Translations under genes and position numbers: made by a program | NCBI GenBank assembly: GCA_965198115.1 | Contig: OZ240241.1 | Span: 7,808,001-7,872,000 of the forward strand | Direction: 5' to 3' | Length of the DNA: 64,000 nt | From: Candidatus Latescibacterota bacterium | GTDB taxonomy: Bacteria > Latescibacterota > UBA2968 | Notes under the pieces: model-generated | Seen by the model: only the letters and a program-made list of their open reading frames with translations | What the model was told of the DNA's origin: nothing | Database searches by the model: none | Shown: positions 28,506 to 39,524 of the stretch, piece after piece | Numbering within the stretch: position 1 is the stretch's first letter | Layout: the number at the start of each line of letters is the position of its first letter

Positions 28506-28897
28506 TCAGGACTGCCGAACCGCCGTCACCTCGATCTCCACGTGCGCCCCCGCCGGCAGCGAAGGCACCTCAACCGCGTTGTGCGACCGGGAGGCTGAAC
28601 CTTGAAATACTCCGCGTAGACCTCGTTCATCGTCCCGAACTCGCTCAGATCCGTCATGTAGACGACAGATCGAACGGCATCGTCCATCGACAACCCGGCC
28701 TCCCCCAGAATCGCCTGCACATTGTCCAGAGTCTGACGGGTCTCCGCCGCGATCCCACCATCCACAATCTTCCCCGTCACCGGATCGATCCCTTTCTCCC
28801 CCGCCACGTAGACGGTGTCCCCGTATTTGATTGCCTGCGAGTACGGTCCCACGGGAGCAGCGGCCTTATTCGTTTCGATCACTTCCTTCTTAGGCAT
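28506..28897 (-). pseudogene. RidA/YjgF family protein, frameshift near 28578
   Basis: APVGPYSQAIK, QTLDNVQAIL, MNEVYAEYF..PPGRTT; LPAGAHVEIEVTA is in a shifted frame. Confidence 0.85.
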
Positions 28898-29147
28898 TTG
28901 GCTCTCCTGAGGTTGTCTTCCTGTCTTCGCGCCTTGGCGTCTTCGTGTCAATCATCTGCTCGGCACGGGAGAAGCAAGTAGTAGAGGACGTCCACATTCA
29001 CGGCAACCGCCTACGACTGAGATCGAAATCATACTGCGAGTAAAGCGGAACGCAACGAGACTCCCCCAATCCGTTTGCGCTTCGAATCGTATGCGTTAGG
29101 TTACGTCGCAATGAGCCAACTGAGCAAACATTGGTCAAGCTCGGATC

Positions 29148-30629
29148 GTGGAAATGCCTGAGCATCCCAACATCGTTCTGATGATGTCGGATCAGCACAA
29201 TCCGCACGTCATGGGATACGCGGGAGATCCCATCGTCCGCACGCCCCACCTGGACTCCCTGGCCGCATCGGGTGTTCGGATGACGAATGCCTATTGTGCC
29301 CATCCTCTTTGCGCTCCGTCGCGTGCCGCTTTTCTGTCCGCACAATATCCGAGCGACATCGACGTATTCGATAACGGCGGCCGCTGGTCGTCAGATGTGC
29401 CCACCTTCGCTCACGCACTTGGCGGTACGGGCTACGAAGCCGTTCTCTGCGGACGAATGCACCTTGCAGCGAACGACCCATTTCACGGTTTCGAGCGTCG
29501 CATCCACGGGGACACGGGGGGCGCCGTTTCGAAAGAGATCCTCGGATCGGGCCGGAATCGCACGAACGGGCAAACCCGTTACGCCGTCGAGGTTGCAGGT
29601 CACGGCAGGACCGGGTTCCAGGCCTTCGACAGGTCGGTGACCGACACCGCCTGCGACTTCATCTCTCAACGTGAATCGTCGGATCGGCCGTTCGCGATGG
29701 TCGTGGGTTGGATCCTGCCCCATAACCCGCTCGTCTGTTCGAAAGACCGCTTCGACTTCTACCTGTCGAACATTCCGCCTCTAGAGCCGGAGTCAGATGA
29801 CTATCTCGACGAGCTCCACCCAGCACTCAAGGTCTGGCGCGAACGACGCGGCGTTGCCACACTCAGCCCTCAGCAATGTCGACGGGCCCTGGCTGCCTAC
29901 TATGGCCTCGTAGAGGAAACCGATGCAAACATTGGCTGAATTGTCGACGCGGTTCGAGACGGGCCGGATGCCGACAACACCGTCATCATCTACGTCTCCG
30001 ATCACGGCGACATGGCCCACGAACACGGGTTGTGGTGGAAAAGCAATTTCTACGAGGGCGCTGCGAACATCCCTTGCATCCTCTCCTGGCCCGGTCGCTT
30101 CTCGGAAGACACCGTGTTGGATGAGATCGTGAGCCTCATCGACATCGGCCCGACCGTCCTCGATCTGGCGGGTGCGCCCCCTCTGCCCGACGTATCCGGT
30201 CGCAGCTTCGCACGACTCCTGGAAGGCAACGCCATCCCCGATTGGCCGAACGAGATTTTTTGCGAGTATTCGGGCCTGCTCGGCGATCAACCGTCGTGCA
30301 TGATTCGATCAGGACGATGGAAACTGAACTACTACTCGGAATTCGACAGCTGCCAGCTCTTCGACCTCGAAACCGATCCGGGAGAACGCAACGACCTTGG
30401 ATCGAACCCCGATCACGCGGACACCGTTCGTGATCTCAAAGCAAGAATCGATGCCCGCTGGTCGGCCGACCGAATCCTCGACGGGATGGCGAAGCAGGAG
30501 CGCGCCCGTCGAGTCCTCAACCACGCCGGTCACACCTCCCATCTCCATCCCGTCACCAACTTCAAACCAGGTGAAGACGATAATGTCTTCGACTTCACCC
30601 AATTGGTGGAAGAACCGAAGTTGATGTAA
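29148..30629 (+). pseudogene. Choline-sulfatase-like sulfatase, frameshift near 29935
   Basis: PNIVLMMSDQH, CAPSR, GRMH, AYYGLV; continues as YVSDHGDMAHEHGLWWKSNFYE, LFDLETDPGE. Confidence 0.85.
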
Positions 30630-30696
30630 GGTTACCGAGCAGGTGTTCGGTGTTCGGTGCCTTCGTGTTCAGACTTCTGCAGAGCAAGGAGCACAG

Positions 30697-31359
30697 ATGA
30701 GCAGCAGGAACGGCTACATACCCGAGAACGTCTACGATTATATCCTCACAAACACCCTCCGGGACAGCGCAGAGCTCAAAGCTCTCCGTGACGAAACCGT
30801 TAATCTCCCCGGCGCCGGCATGCAGATCTCAGCAGACCAGGGCCAGTTAATGGCTCTCCTCGTCAACCTGATCGGCGCGAAGAAGGCAATCGAGGTCGGC
30901 ACCTTCACGGGCTACAGCGCGCTCGTCGTTGCCCAGGCGCTCCCGGCCGACGGACTCCTCGTTGCGTGTGACATCGACGCCGAAATGCCCGCCATCGGTC
31001 AACGCCACTGGAAAGAGGCAGGCGTCGACGCCAAGATCGACCTACGCATCGGGCCGGCCGTCGACGCTCTCGATGCCCTCATCGATAGCGGACAAACCGG
31101 CACCTTCGACATGGCCTTTATCGACGCGGACAAAGAGAATTATGGCGAGTATTACGAGCGCTGTCTCACCCTGCTCCGACAGCGTGGTCTGATCCTCATC
31201 GACAATGTCCTTTGGGGCGGTCGGACGGCGGACCCGACCAACACCGATGAGTCCACTGTCGCCATCCGTAAGCTCACAAAGAAGATGCAGACCGACGAAC
31301 GGGTGGATTTCTCGTTGATTCCGGTGGGCGATGGGTTGTCGCTCACTGTGAAGCGGTAG
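30697..31359 (+). CDS. Class I SAM-dependent O-methyltransferase (caffeoyl-CoA OMT-like)
   Basis: MQISADQGQ, IEVGTFTGYS, FDMAFIDADKENY, DNVLWGG, IPVGDGL. Confidence 0.9.
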   Translation: MSSRNGYIPENVYDYILTNTLRDSAELKALRDETVNLPGAGMQISADQGQLMALLVNLIGAKKAIEVGTFTGYSALVVAQALPADGLLVACDIDAEMPAIGQRHWKEAGVDAKIDLRIGPAVDALDALIDSGQTGTFDMAFIDADKENYGEYYERCLTLLRQRGLILIDNVLWGGRTADPTNTDESTVAIRKLTKKMQTDERVDFSLIPVGDGLSLTVKR

Positions 31360-31481
31360 AGAACATAGGGCCACGGTCGGCGGTGGGCGGTCAGCTGTCG
31401 CGCGGACCCATGCCACTTCTAAACTCCAGACTCATCACTCTATACTCGTTCTCGTCCCCAGCCGGAGAATGTGAGCTATTT

Positions 31482-32381
31482 ATGTCATTTCTAACAAAAT
31501 GGACATCTCTTGCCACGCCCGCTCTCCTGCTCGCCTGCTCGCTCCTCACCGGCCCCACCCACGCCGACGAATTCGGCGACTACTGGTATCAGGGCCTCGC
31601 GGAGATCACGAGCTACGACCTCGAGCAAGCACGCTATGGCGAGATCCACAGTGGCCACGCCGTGCTGATCTTCGTGACTGAGGACTTCTCCGAATCCAAG
31701 CACGTCAAGCTCGACAGATCCGGCGGGTCTGACGCTGTGACCGTCCTCAAGCTCAACGCCACGCGCAAGTTCAACACCGGCATCTATCCTTACTCGATGA
31801 TGACATCTGTCTTCACACCGGTCAGTGCCGACCGTTACCCCCGGACGCTCAAGGTTACCACCTCATCTCAAGAATGGTGCGGCCACACATTCACTCAGCT
31901 CAACCTGAATGCAGAAGGCTACCGCGCCAGACTCTATTCCTACTTCGAACGTGAAAGCGATCGCGACATCCAGATCGATGTCACCCTCACGGAAGATGAG
32001 CTCTGGAATCGCATCCGCCTCTCACCCGACACATTACCCACAGGCGAGCTCCGACTCATTCCGGGTACGATCTTCCAACGCTTCAGTCACGGCGCCTGGG
32101 GTTCGAGGACAGCCACAGCCGTTCTCGGAAACGACCCCGACAATCCAGCTCTCCGCATCTACACGCTGACCTACGTGGATGTGAACCGCACGCTGGTCAT
32201 CCATTTCAACAGGTCATTCCCCCACGAAATCGAATCGTGGACGGAAACAAGCCGCGGGCGCCGCCCAGAAGCCCCCGAACGTGTCACTCGGGCAACGCGA
32301 AAGAAACGCATTCAGCTCGACTATTGGCGGAGACACGATGTGGCGAATACGCACTATCGCACACAGCTAGGGTTGGATTGA
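31482..32381 (+). CDS. Secreted conserved hypothetical protein
   Basis: Signal peptide; YWYQGLAEITSYDLEQARYGE, VLKLN..KFNTGIYPYS, SSQEWCGH. Confidence 0.7.
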   Translation: MSFLTKWTSLATPALLLACSLLTGPTHADEFGDYWYQGLAEITSYDLEQARYGEIHSGHAVLIFVTEDFSESKHVKLDRSGGSDAVTVLKLNATRKFNTGIYPYSMMTSVFTPVSADRYPRTLKVTTSSQEWCGHTFTQLNLNAEGYRARLYSYFERESDRDIQIDVTLTEDELWNRIRLSPDTLPTGELRLIPGTIFQRFSHGAWGSRTATAVLGNDPDNPALRIYTLTYVDVNRTLVIHFNRSFPHEIESWTETSRGRRPEAPERVTRATRKKRIQLDYWRRHDVANTHYRTQLGLD

Positions 32382-32537
32382 TCATTGGACCACGATAACG
32401 GCGCCCCCGGGCAGAGCCCAGGGCGAGCGAGGCGCATCTTTTCTATTCGAACAAAAGAAAGCGATCCGCTCGTCCCCGTGCTCGGCACGGGGACGCTTTG
32501 CCGGTTGTAACAAGGTTTGTTTCATGAGGAGAGGTTC

Positions 32538-33391
32538 ATGCAATTCGGTGCACACGAATCGATCGCGGGCGGCGTCTTCAACGCCATCACCCGCGGGCAA
32601 ACCGCCACGTGCGATACGGTTCAGATCTTCAACAAATCCAACAGCCAGTGGCGTGCGAAAAAGCTGACCAAAGACGAAGTCGACGAGTATCTCGACCGCA
32701 TCGAAGACACCGGCGTCACGGTCGCGTGCTCCCACTCCAGTTATCTCATCAACATCGGATCGCCCACAAGGCCCTCGGCACAAAATCCCGGAAATCGCTC
32801 CAGGAAGAAGTCGAGCGTTGCAATCTCCTGCAGGTCCCGAACCTGGTTTTCCATCCCGGTTCCCACGTCGGATCCGGCGAAGAACCAAGTATGGATCGCA
32901 TCGCGGAAAACTGTAATCAGGTCCTCACCGACGTGGGGGACAACGATGTCACTCTGTGTCTAGAGACCACAGCGGGTCAGGGCACAAACCTCGGCTACAG
33001 CTTCGAACAGATCGCGTATATGTTGGACCGCATCGAAGATCGTGAGCACGTCGGCGTCTGCCTCGACACCTGCCACATCTTCGCTGCCGGCTACCCCATC
33101 ATCGATCCCGGGGACTACGCGAAGACGATCGAACAGTTCGACGACACGATCGGGCTGAACAACCTGAAGATCATCCACGTCAACGACAGCAAGGGCGAAT
33201 TCGGCTCAAGAAAGGACCGCCACGAACACATCGGCGAAGGCCACATCGGCCTCGAAGGCTTCCGCAACTTCGTCAACGACCCAAGGATGAAGGACATCCC
33301 CTTCATCCTCGAAACACCCAAAGAGGATGACCTCCAGGAAGACATCGAGAACCTCAAGAAGCTCCGCGCACTCGTAGAAAAACGCCACTGA
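32538..33391 (+). pseudogene. nfo: Endonuclease IV, frameshift near 32765
   Basis: GAHESIAGG, HSSYLINIGSP, then VFHPGSH, LETTAGQG, CLDTCH, HVNDSK, DRHEHIG, ILETP. Confidence 0.9.
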
Positions 33392-33520
33392 GAACAGCGG
33401 AGAACACCAGGTAGATCGCTAACGATCCTCAGTTCTTCGGATGTATCGCCAGGACCTGACTCTTCTTTCTAACCCCTCAGCCCCTGAAACCTCAGTGTGC
33501 TCAGTGTACTCAGTGGCTGC
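33384..33520. repeat. MITE/REP-like element with inverted arms of 9-bp units (GCCACTGAG.. / ..CTCAGTGTRCTCAGTGGC)
   Basis: Left arm GCCACTGAGAACAGCGGAGAAC, right arm CTCAGTGTGCTCAGTGTACTCAGTGGCTGC. Related copies occur at 37513, 39365, 40961 and 44961. Confidence 0.7.
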
Positions 33521-33538
33521 CTTTTATGGCTTAACCAA

Positions 33539-34036
33539 ATGTCCGATCCTTTAGAACTCCGTGCACCAGGACGGGTCTTCCCGTTCGTCTTTCTCGTGGC
33601 CGGTGGGATCCTCTTGTTGAACGGTGTCGCGTTACTGGTCGTGCCGTTGCCGGGCAAGGCGCGGTGGTCGCTCGGACCGATCTTTCTGACTCTGGTCGGG
33701 GCGATCGGAATCGCGGCGGCAGTGTGGTCGTTTCGCAAGCAGTTTCAGGTGAGTCGTCTGGTCCAGTTGCTCAATGCCGATTTACCTTCGATCGGAACGG
33801 ACCCTGCCTCTCGCAACGATGCCCTGGCAACGATTCTAGACCGTATGTCGGATATCGTGGAGGCGGCGAAGAGTCATCCGAAGGCGGGCGTGAATCTGCT
33901 GCTGAGGATGGGCGGCCGGGAGGCCGTGATCGAGCGGAGTGCGGCGGGAACGTGGACGCTTCGCGCGGACCTGTCCCACCAGGAAAGAGCACGCGTAGAA
34001 GCTGCCCGTGCATCGATGATCGACGGAGAGTCATGA
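33539..34036 (+). CDS. Hypothetical membrane protein (2 TM)
   Basis: Two hydrophobic segments followed by a soluble tail. Confidence 0.55.
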   Translation: MSDPLELRAPGRVFPFVFLVAGGILLLNGVALLVVPLPGKARWSLGPIFLTLVGAIGIAAAVWSFRKQFQVSRLVQLLNADLPSIGTDPASRNDALATILDRMSDIVEAAKSHPKAGVNLLLRMGGREAVIERSAAGTWTLRADLSHQERARVEAARASMIDGES

Positions 34037-34665
34037 CCTCCGGCAAAGCCGGAGGCTTGAAAACTTGTGAACCGCTCAAAGCGGTTGGAAACCAAGCGCC
34101 ACCTAAAGGTGGCGATTACCTGAAAATGTTGAGCTGGTCGAGACGCCGGTCCTCCCGCTCCTGGTTCTGGATATACTCCCGAACCGTCTGTTCATCCTTG
34201 CCAACGGTGGAGACCCAGTAGCCTCTTGCCCAGAAATGCTGCCCGGTGAAGTTCGACCTAACCTACGTCCCAGATAGTTCCGAGCAATGTGAATCGCACT
34301 CTTTCCTTTGATGAACCCTACCGTCTGAGCTACTGAGTGCTTCGGCGGGATCGAAATCAACGTGTGCACATGGTCGGATCGCAGGTGACCCTCTTCCACA
34401 CGGCATTCCTTCTGTGCGGCCAGATCCCGAATCACCTCGCCCAGATAGCGACGAATTTCACCATACAACACTTTTCTACGATACTTCCGAACTCAAACAA
34501 CGTCATACTTGCACTCCCATACCGTGTGACGTAGACTCCTTACGTTGTTCATTAGAGAGCCTTCCTTCCGTGTGCTTTGAGCGGTCCACGGCAAGGGAGG
34601 CTCTTACATATTTCTGGAACTGTCAAACTCTGGGAGTCTCCCCGGCAGAGCCGGGGGCTTACCAA
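34033..34665 (-). mobile_element. tnpA: IS200/IS605-family element with inactivated tnpA (34103..34552)
   Basis: HVH motif (DHVHTLISIPPK..GFIKGKS); in-frame TGA near 34492 and frameshift near 34260; subterminal hairpins CCTCCGGC/GCCGGAGG and CCCCGGC/GCCGGGGG. Confidence 0.85.
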
Positions 34666-34907
34666 GGTTTAGTTAATCTGGTCGGAGGATGAAACGGAGG
34701 AGACGATCGCTGCAACCGAGGCGCTTGCGACGGAGATCTGGCGGTTACCGCCGGACTACGAAATCAGAGCAACGCTGGAGGTGTATCGGAAGGCAGACAG
34801 CTGAGCAGGCGTGTCGACAGCATCGCAACCTTCTGCGGCGTCGTTCCGCCGGAAAGTGAATGCCACGCCTGCTCGGACATTGGCCTAGTTTCTCCCCTGC
34901 CCCCTGC

Positions 34908-35486
34908 TCAATCCCAGGGCAGCGCCCCCGTCACCACCGCCTTCCTCATGTTCCCCAACCACGCCCGCCAGAACCAGTTCGTCTTGCTTCCCGCCGGTAG
35001 ATACGCGGGATCGATTTTATAGGCCTTGCCTCGCTCGATGTCTTCCTTCAGATAGCCCTCGACCGCCGAGAACGGAATCCACGCGAAGTTGCTTCGTTCG
35101 AGATAGGCGTCCGACTGTTCCGGCGGCGGATGATTCATCACGACCTGCGCCGGCACGAATTCGACCTCGGCAAAGTAGGCCGCAAATTCTCCATCGATTA
35201 CCGGCTTCTGCCCCTCGATCTTCGCCAGCAGATCAGCGCGCTTGAAGTAGCCTCGCGACTCCTCTTCCCCCTTGTGCGCCGCCGTCTGGGCAAGCGTTTC
35301 ACCTTCCCGCGCCCCTCCACCGAAACCCGCCCAGCCGCGCTGGCTGAAGTTGCCGTGCTCGGCCAGGAGGAGATACACCTCTCCCTCGCTCTGGAAGTAC
35401 AGCTGTACGCCTGCCGGCGGCTCGGCCACGGCTCGAGTATAACAGAAACACATGGTGAGCAACGTGAGAACTATCGATCTCTTCAT
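34908..35486 (-). CDS. Secreted protein with degenerate Nudix box
   Basis: Signal peptide; YLLLAE..GWAGFGGGAREGETLAQTAAHKGEEESRG. Confidence 0.6.
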   Translation of the reverse strand: MKRSIVLTLLTMCFCYTRAVAEPPAGVQLYFQSEGEVYLLLAEHGNFSQRGWAGFGGGAREGETLAQTAAHKGEEESRGYFKRADLLAKIEGQKPVIDGEFAAYFAEVEFVPAQVVMNHPPPEQSDAYLERSNFAWIPFSAVEGYLKEDIERGKAYKIDPAYLPAGSKTNWFWRAWLGNMRKAVVTGALPWD

Positions 35487-35932
35487 ATCGATTCCTTCCC
35501 GGTAAGGGGTTGTCGTCAGCTGTTTGGCATCCCACCATACGGATACCCCAAAGGGATCGCAAAGCCGATCGCACGAAGCGTTTCCGCCCGCCCTGGTAAT
35601 GCACTGTGGCGAACAGGATTATGGGTTTTATGTAACAGATGCGCGTCGGTCAATTCGAGCCCCTCGACCGCGCTCGGGACAGGCTCGGTCGAGAACTCGC
35701 CCCTTCCGACCAGGAGTCCGGCGGGTTTTTCCTGTGCAGGGATCTCTCACCGGGCCTGGTATATCGCTAGACCGGTTCGAGATAACAGACGGGCGCTAGC
35801 CTAGAAACGACAAGACCCGATTGCCCAACACGCCCGCTCCCGCTATACTGCCGGACGCGCAACGCGGCCGGGGTCCATTCACGTGCCTCGGCCTTCCACA
35901 GCATCGAGCTCAACCGAGCAGGAGAGAATGGC

Positions 35933-37117
35933 ATGACGCCACCATCAGGTGATCTATCAAGCGAGTCGATCCAGCCCAAGATTGACGACATCCAGGTCAT
36001 GATCTTGCAGGGGCCGGCGCGCAGCTACACGCTGGTCAAGATCGTTGCAGACGACGGCATCTACGGGATCGGCGAAGCCTACGGCAGTCCGGGCGTCGGC
36101 GTGAAGGAGCAGATCGAAGCCATCAAGCCGACGCTCATCGGAAAGAATCCGCTGGAAATCGACGCGCTCTACACCGGGATGGGCACACGCACGGATGGCT
36201 CGGCGCACGCATTGATGCGCGCCGCCAGCGGCATCGAGATGGCGCTGTGGGACCTGGCCGGCAAGATCCTGGGTGTGCCCTCGACGGTGCTGCTGGGCGG
36301 CAAGTTCCGCGACAAAGTTCGCGTCTACGATCACTCGAGCCCGCGCGACATGCTCGACCCCGCCGCGTGCCGCGAGTGGGCACAGAAGGTCAACGAAGAT
36401 CCGAGCGGATTCACGTGCCACAAGTTCGGCTTCCCCCACACGACGCCCGACACCGACAGCGCACGCGATCTCGCCAACCGGGTGCTCACCAGCAAAGAAT
36501 TGCGTCAGATCGAGGAAGGTTTCGCGAACTGTCGCGAGGCGATCGGCTGGGACCACGACATCATGGTCCACTGCCACTGGGAATACGACACGCGCACCGC
36601 GATCCAGATCGCCGAAGCCGTCGCCCCGATGAAGCCGTTCTGGTTTGAAGATGGGATGATCGTGAACTACACGGAGAGCTGGAAACGTCTGACCGCCAGC
36701 TCACCCGTACCGATCTGCACAGGCGAGAACCTGTGGCGACGGCAGGAGTTCGCGGATTTCATCGTCCATCAAGGGTGCGACATCCTCCATCCGGACCTGC
36801 GCAACAGCGGCGGCTTCCTGGAGAACAAGCGCATCGCTGACTTGGCCGAAGTATGGGGGCTGCCCATGGCGACCCACAACACTGGCAGCCAACTCAACAC
36901 CTGGGCGACCTGCCAGTGGGCGGGATCGATTCGCGACTTCCTCTTGTGCGAAACCGTCACCGGCAAAGGCGGCTGGATGGACGACGTGCTGATTCTCGAC
37001 GGACCCTACATCGAGAACGGCCACCTGCGGATCACGGAGAAACCGGGCCTCGGCGTCGACCTGAATCCGGATGTGGTCCAGGCCCATCTGGCAGAGGGGG
37101 AAAGCTGGTGGGGGTAA
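35933..37117 (+). CDS. Mandelate racemase/muconate-lactonising (enolase superfamily) dehydratase
   Basis: GIYGIGEA, SGIEMALWDLAGK..LLGGKFRD, WFED, PICTGEN, HPD..GG.LE.KRIA, PGLGVDL. Confidence 0.9.
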   Translation: MTPPSGDLSSESIQPKIDDIQVMILQGPARSYTLVKIVADDGIYGIGEAYGSPGVGVKEQIEAIKPTLIGKNPLEIDALYTGMGTRTDGSAHALMRAASGIEMALWDLAGKILGVPSTVLLGGKFRDKVRVYDHSSPRDMLDPAACREWAQKVNEDPSGFTCHKFGFPHTTPDTDSARDLANRVLTSKELRQIEEGFANCREAIGWDHDIMVHCHWEYDTRTAIQIAEAVAPMKPFWFEDGMIVNYTESWKRLTASSPVPICTGENLWRRQEFADFIVHQGCDILHPDLRNSGGFLENKRIADLAEVWGLPMATHNTGSQLNTWATCQWAGSIRDFLLCETVTGKGGWMDDVLILDGPYIENGHLRITEKPGLGVDLNPDVVQAHLAEGESWWG

Positions 37118-37260
37118 GGCAAGAACCTGGAAGATTGAACGTTTGATCGAGGATCGAGAATTGGGGGTCGGATGGAGCGATCACGCAAGTAGAGACACAC
37201 GAGTTTCGTCCAACTTTCCGGAGCTATGGTGGAGGCGAGTCTACTCGGAGATTTGGGGCC

Positions 37261-37300
37261 TTCAAGTTAATTTTCCGATCGATCGGAAAATTAACTTGAA
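37261..37300. repeat. Perfect 40-bp spacerless palindrome
   Basis: TTCAAGTTAATTTTCCGATC|GATCGGAAAATTAACTTGAA. Confidence 0.95.
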
Positions 37301-37632
37301 ATGCTCTCGGACAGTCGGCGGAAGCCCTTCTGGCTACTTCTGGGCAGGCTTTTTGCGCAGGGATCCCTGTGGCCTTCGGCGACAAGGACCCGGGCGAACC
37401 CTTGTCGCGAAGGGATCTCTCACCGGATCGATTGGCGAGCGCGTGACCGGTTCGAGATGACGGCGGGCGTGGTGTTTCGCATCCGTACAGGTTGGCGTAT
37501 CGATCCTGCCCCTCCTCGGTAGTCTCTGTGTCCTCAGTGGCTGTCTTGGTCGCGGGGTTCCACTCCCCCCACCACTTGGCTATCTTCTCCCATCCCGCGA
37601 AACATTCCCTCGCAACAACGGAGATATCCAAC

Positions 37633-39357
37633 GTGCGCAAAGTCCTGCTCTTGCTCCTCTGCACCCTGCTCCTCTGCACCCCTGCTCCGCTCTTCGCCTG
37701 CGGCGGCTTCTTCTGCTCGATCTTCCCCGTCAACCAGGTCAGCGAGTCGATCCTCTTCGTCAAGGGCGAAGGGACGATCACGACGCACGTGCAGATTCAG
37801 TACACGGGGGAAGCCGAAGACTTCGCGTGGGTGCTTCCGGCCCCGTCTCTTCCCTCGCTGGACGTCAGTCACAACCTGATTTTCCAGCAGCTCCAGTTCG
37901 CCACACAGCCCTTCTTTCAGCTCGACTTCGAAGAAGACAGCGAGTGCTTCTTCTTTCCTCCGTTCGTCCGCTTTCTTGACGCTGAGGTCGCCGCTTCGTC
38001 CGACGTCGAGGTCATTTCAGAAGATCAGGTCGGTCCCTACAACACCGCCATCATCACGAGCGACGACCCCGATGCCGTCGTCACGTGGCTTCGCGACAAC
38101 GACTACGACGTCTCGGGTCTGGGTGCCAGCCTCATCGCCCCTTACGTTCAGGAGGGATTTTACTTCGTCGCCCTGCGCCTCGCGAAGGATAAAGACACCG
38201 GCGACATCCAGCCTCTCGCTCTCACCTACGAGGCCGAGATGCCGGGCATCCCCATCCGCCTCACCGCCGTCGCGACCGAAGCGGATCTGGGCGTCACCGC
38301 CTGGGTCCTCGGACAGAACCGCGCGATTCCTGACAACTATCTGCACATGGAGATCAACGAAGCTCGGATCGACTGGCTGAACGGGGGGTTCAACTACGCG
38401 GAAGTCGTGACGGAGGCTGTCAACGATGCGGGGGGAAATGCGTTCACGACCGATTACGCCGGGTCGTCGGACATTATGCTCGATCGCATCTACCGTGAAG
38501 GGCAATACGACCTGATCTCACTACGCTCGACCATCGATCCGGCCGAGTACCTCGACGCACTACTGCGTCAGGGCTTCCCGCGCGACAACCAGATGCAATC
38601 CCTCATCCGTCGACACATCCCGCTCCCTCAGGCAGTGATCGACGAAGGGGCCCTGCAGGTCCTCTACCGCGGCGACGTCGAAGCGATGGAACGTGATCGT
38701 GAAAACGGGACGCTTCTCGCGAACATCGAGCAATCGTTCTACAACGACATCAGCGCCTACGCCGAATGGACGGGCGATCTGATATTCGATCCCAACGCCT
38801 TCACCGACGATGTCGACGCGGTCATCGTCACACCGCTGCAGGAAGCCCAGGACGTGTTCGACGGCACGCCCTACCTCACGCGTCTGTTCACAACGTTGTC
38901 GGCCGACGAGATGACTCTCGACCCGATGTTCAATTTCAATCCCGACCTCGAAGACGTCGACAACGTTCGTCGAGCCACGGCACGGTGCGAATGTCCCGAA
39001 GGCGTCCCGCCGGAAGAGGTCAACCCGGAGGACAAAGTTCTGGTCATCACCCTGTCCGACGGCCGCGAGATCCGTATCCAGGGCCAACCCGGCCCCATCC
39101 CGCTTCCTTTCGAACCCCCATTCCTGCCCTCGGCCTCCGTCGTCCAGCGTCTCAACACGTCAGGTCCTCCCGAAACGGTTCAGACCCTCACCGCCATCAC
39201 ATCCGACTTCAATGACGACGGCGCCACGACGATCGACGACCTCCCCGACTTCGCCAACGCCTTCGGCAAAGCGTCGCCGAGATTCGACCTGGACAACGAT
39301 GGGATGATTGGCTTCGGGGATCTGTTGATCTTCGCGAGAGCTATCGGAGAAGGATAG
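37633..39357 (+). CDS. DUF2330-domain secreted protein with C-terminal dockerin/EF-hand-like pair
   Basis: Signal peptide then ACGGFFC; IQYTGEAEDFAWVLP, IPIRLTAVA, YLTRLFTTLS.DEMT.DP.F; SDFNDDG..DLDNDGMIGFGD. Confidence 0.8.
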   Translation: MRKVLLLLLCTLLLCTPAPLFACGGFFCSIFPVNQVSESILFVKGEGTITTHVQIQYTGEAEDFAWVLPAPSLPSLDVSHNLIFQQLQFATQPFFQLDFEEDSECFFFPPFVRFLDAEVAASSDVEVISEDQVGPYNTAIITSDDPDAVVTWLRDNDYDVSGLGASLIAPYVQEGFYFVALRLAKDKDTGDIQPLALTYEAEMPGIPIRLTAVATEADLGVTAWVLGQNRAIPDNYLHMEINEARIDWLNGGFNYAEVVTEAVNDAGGNAFTTDYAGSSDIMLDRIYREGQYDLISLRSTIDPAEYLDALLRQGFPRDNQMQSLIRRHIPLPQAVIDEGALQVLYRGDVEAMERDRENGTLLANIEQSFYNDISAYAEWTGDLIFDPNAFTDDVDAVIVTPLQEAQDVFDGTPYLTRLFTTLSADEMTLDPMFNFNPDLEDVDNVRRATARCECPEGVPPEEVNPEDKVLVITLSDGREIRIQGQPGPIPLPFEPPFLPSASVVQRLNTSGPPETVQTLTAITSDFNDDGATTIDDLPDFANAFGKASPRFDLDNDGMIGFGDLLIFARAIGEG

Positions 39358-39364
39358 AAGAAGC

Positions 39365-39524
39365 GCCATTGAGAGCACTGAGGACACTGAGTTTTTGCGG
39401 GGTCTACAGGAGGAAGTTCGGAGATCCATCGTAGGGCCACGGCTTGCCGTGGCCCTACCCTTGTACGTGCCGCGTTTCAACTTACCAGGTTTTCTCAGTG
39501 CACTCTGTGTGCTCAGTGGCTGTC
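39365..39524. repeat. 9-mer-arm MITE-like element enclosing a GTAG-type REP (39431-39462)
   Basis: GCCATTGAGAGCACTGAGGACACTGAG ... GTAGGGCCACGGCTTGCCGTGGCCCTAC ... CTCAGTGCACTCTGTGTGCTCAGTGGC. Confidence 0.7.

Noticed and set aside
34033-34665. RAYT transposase responsible for the GTAG REPs
   Set aside because: The sequence and subterminal hairpins are those of ordinary IS200-type TnpA, and it is not flanked by the REPs.
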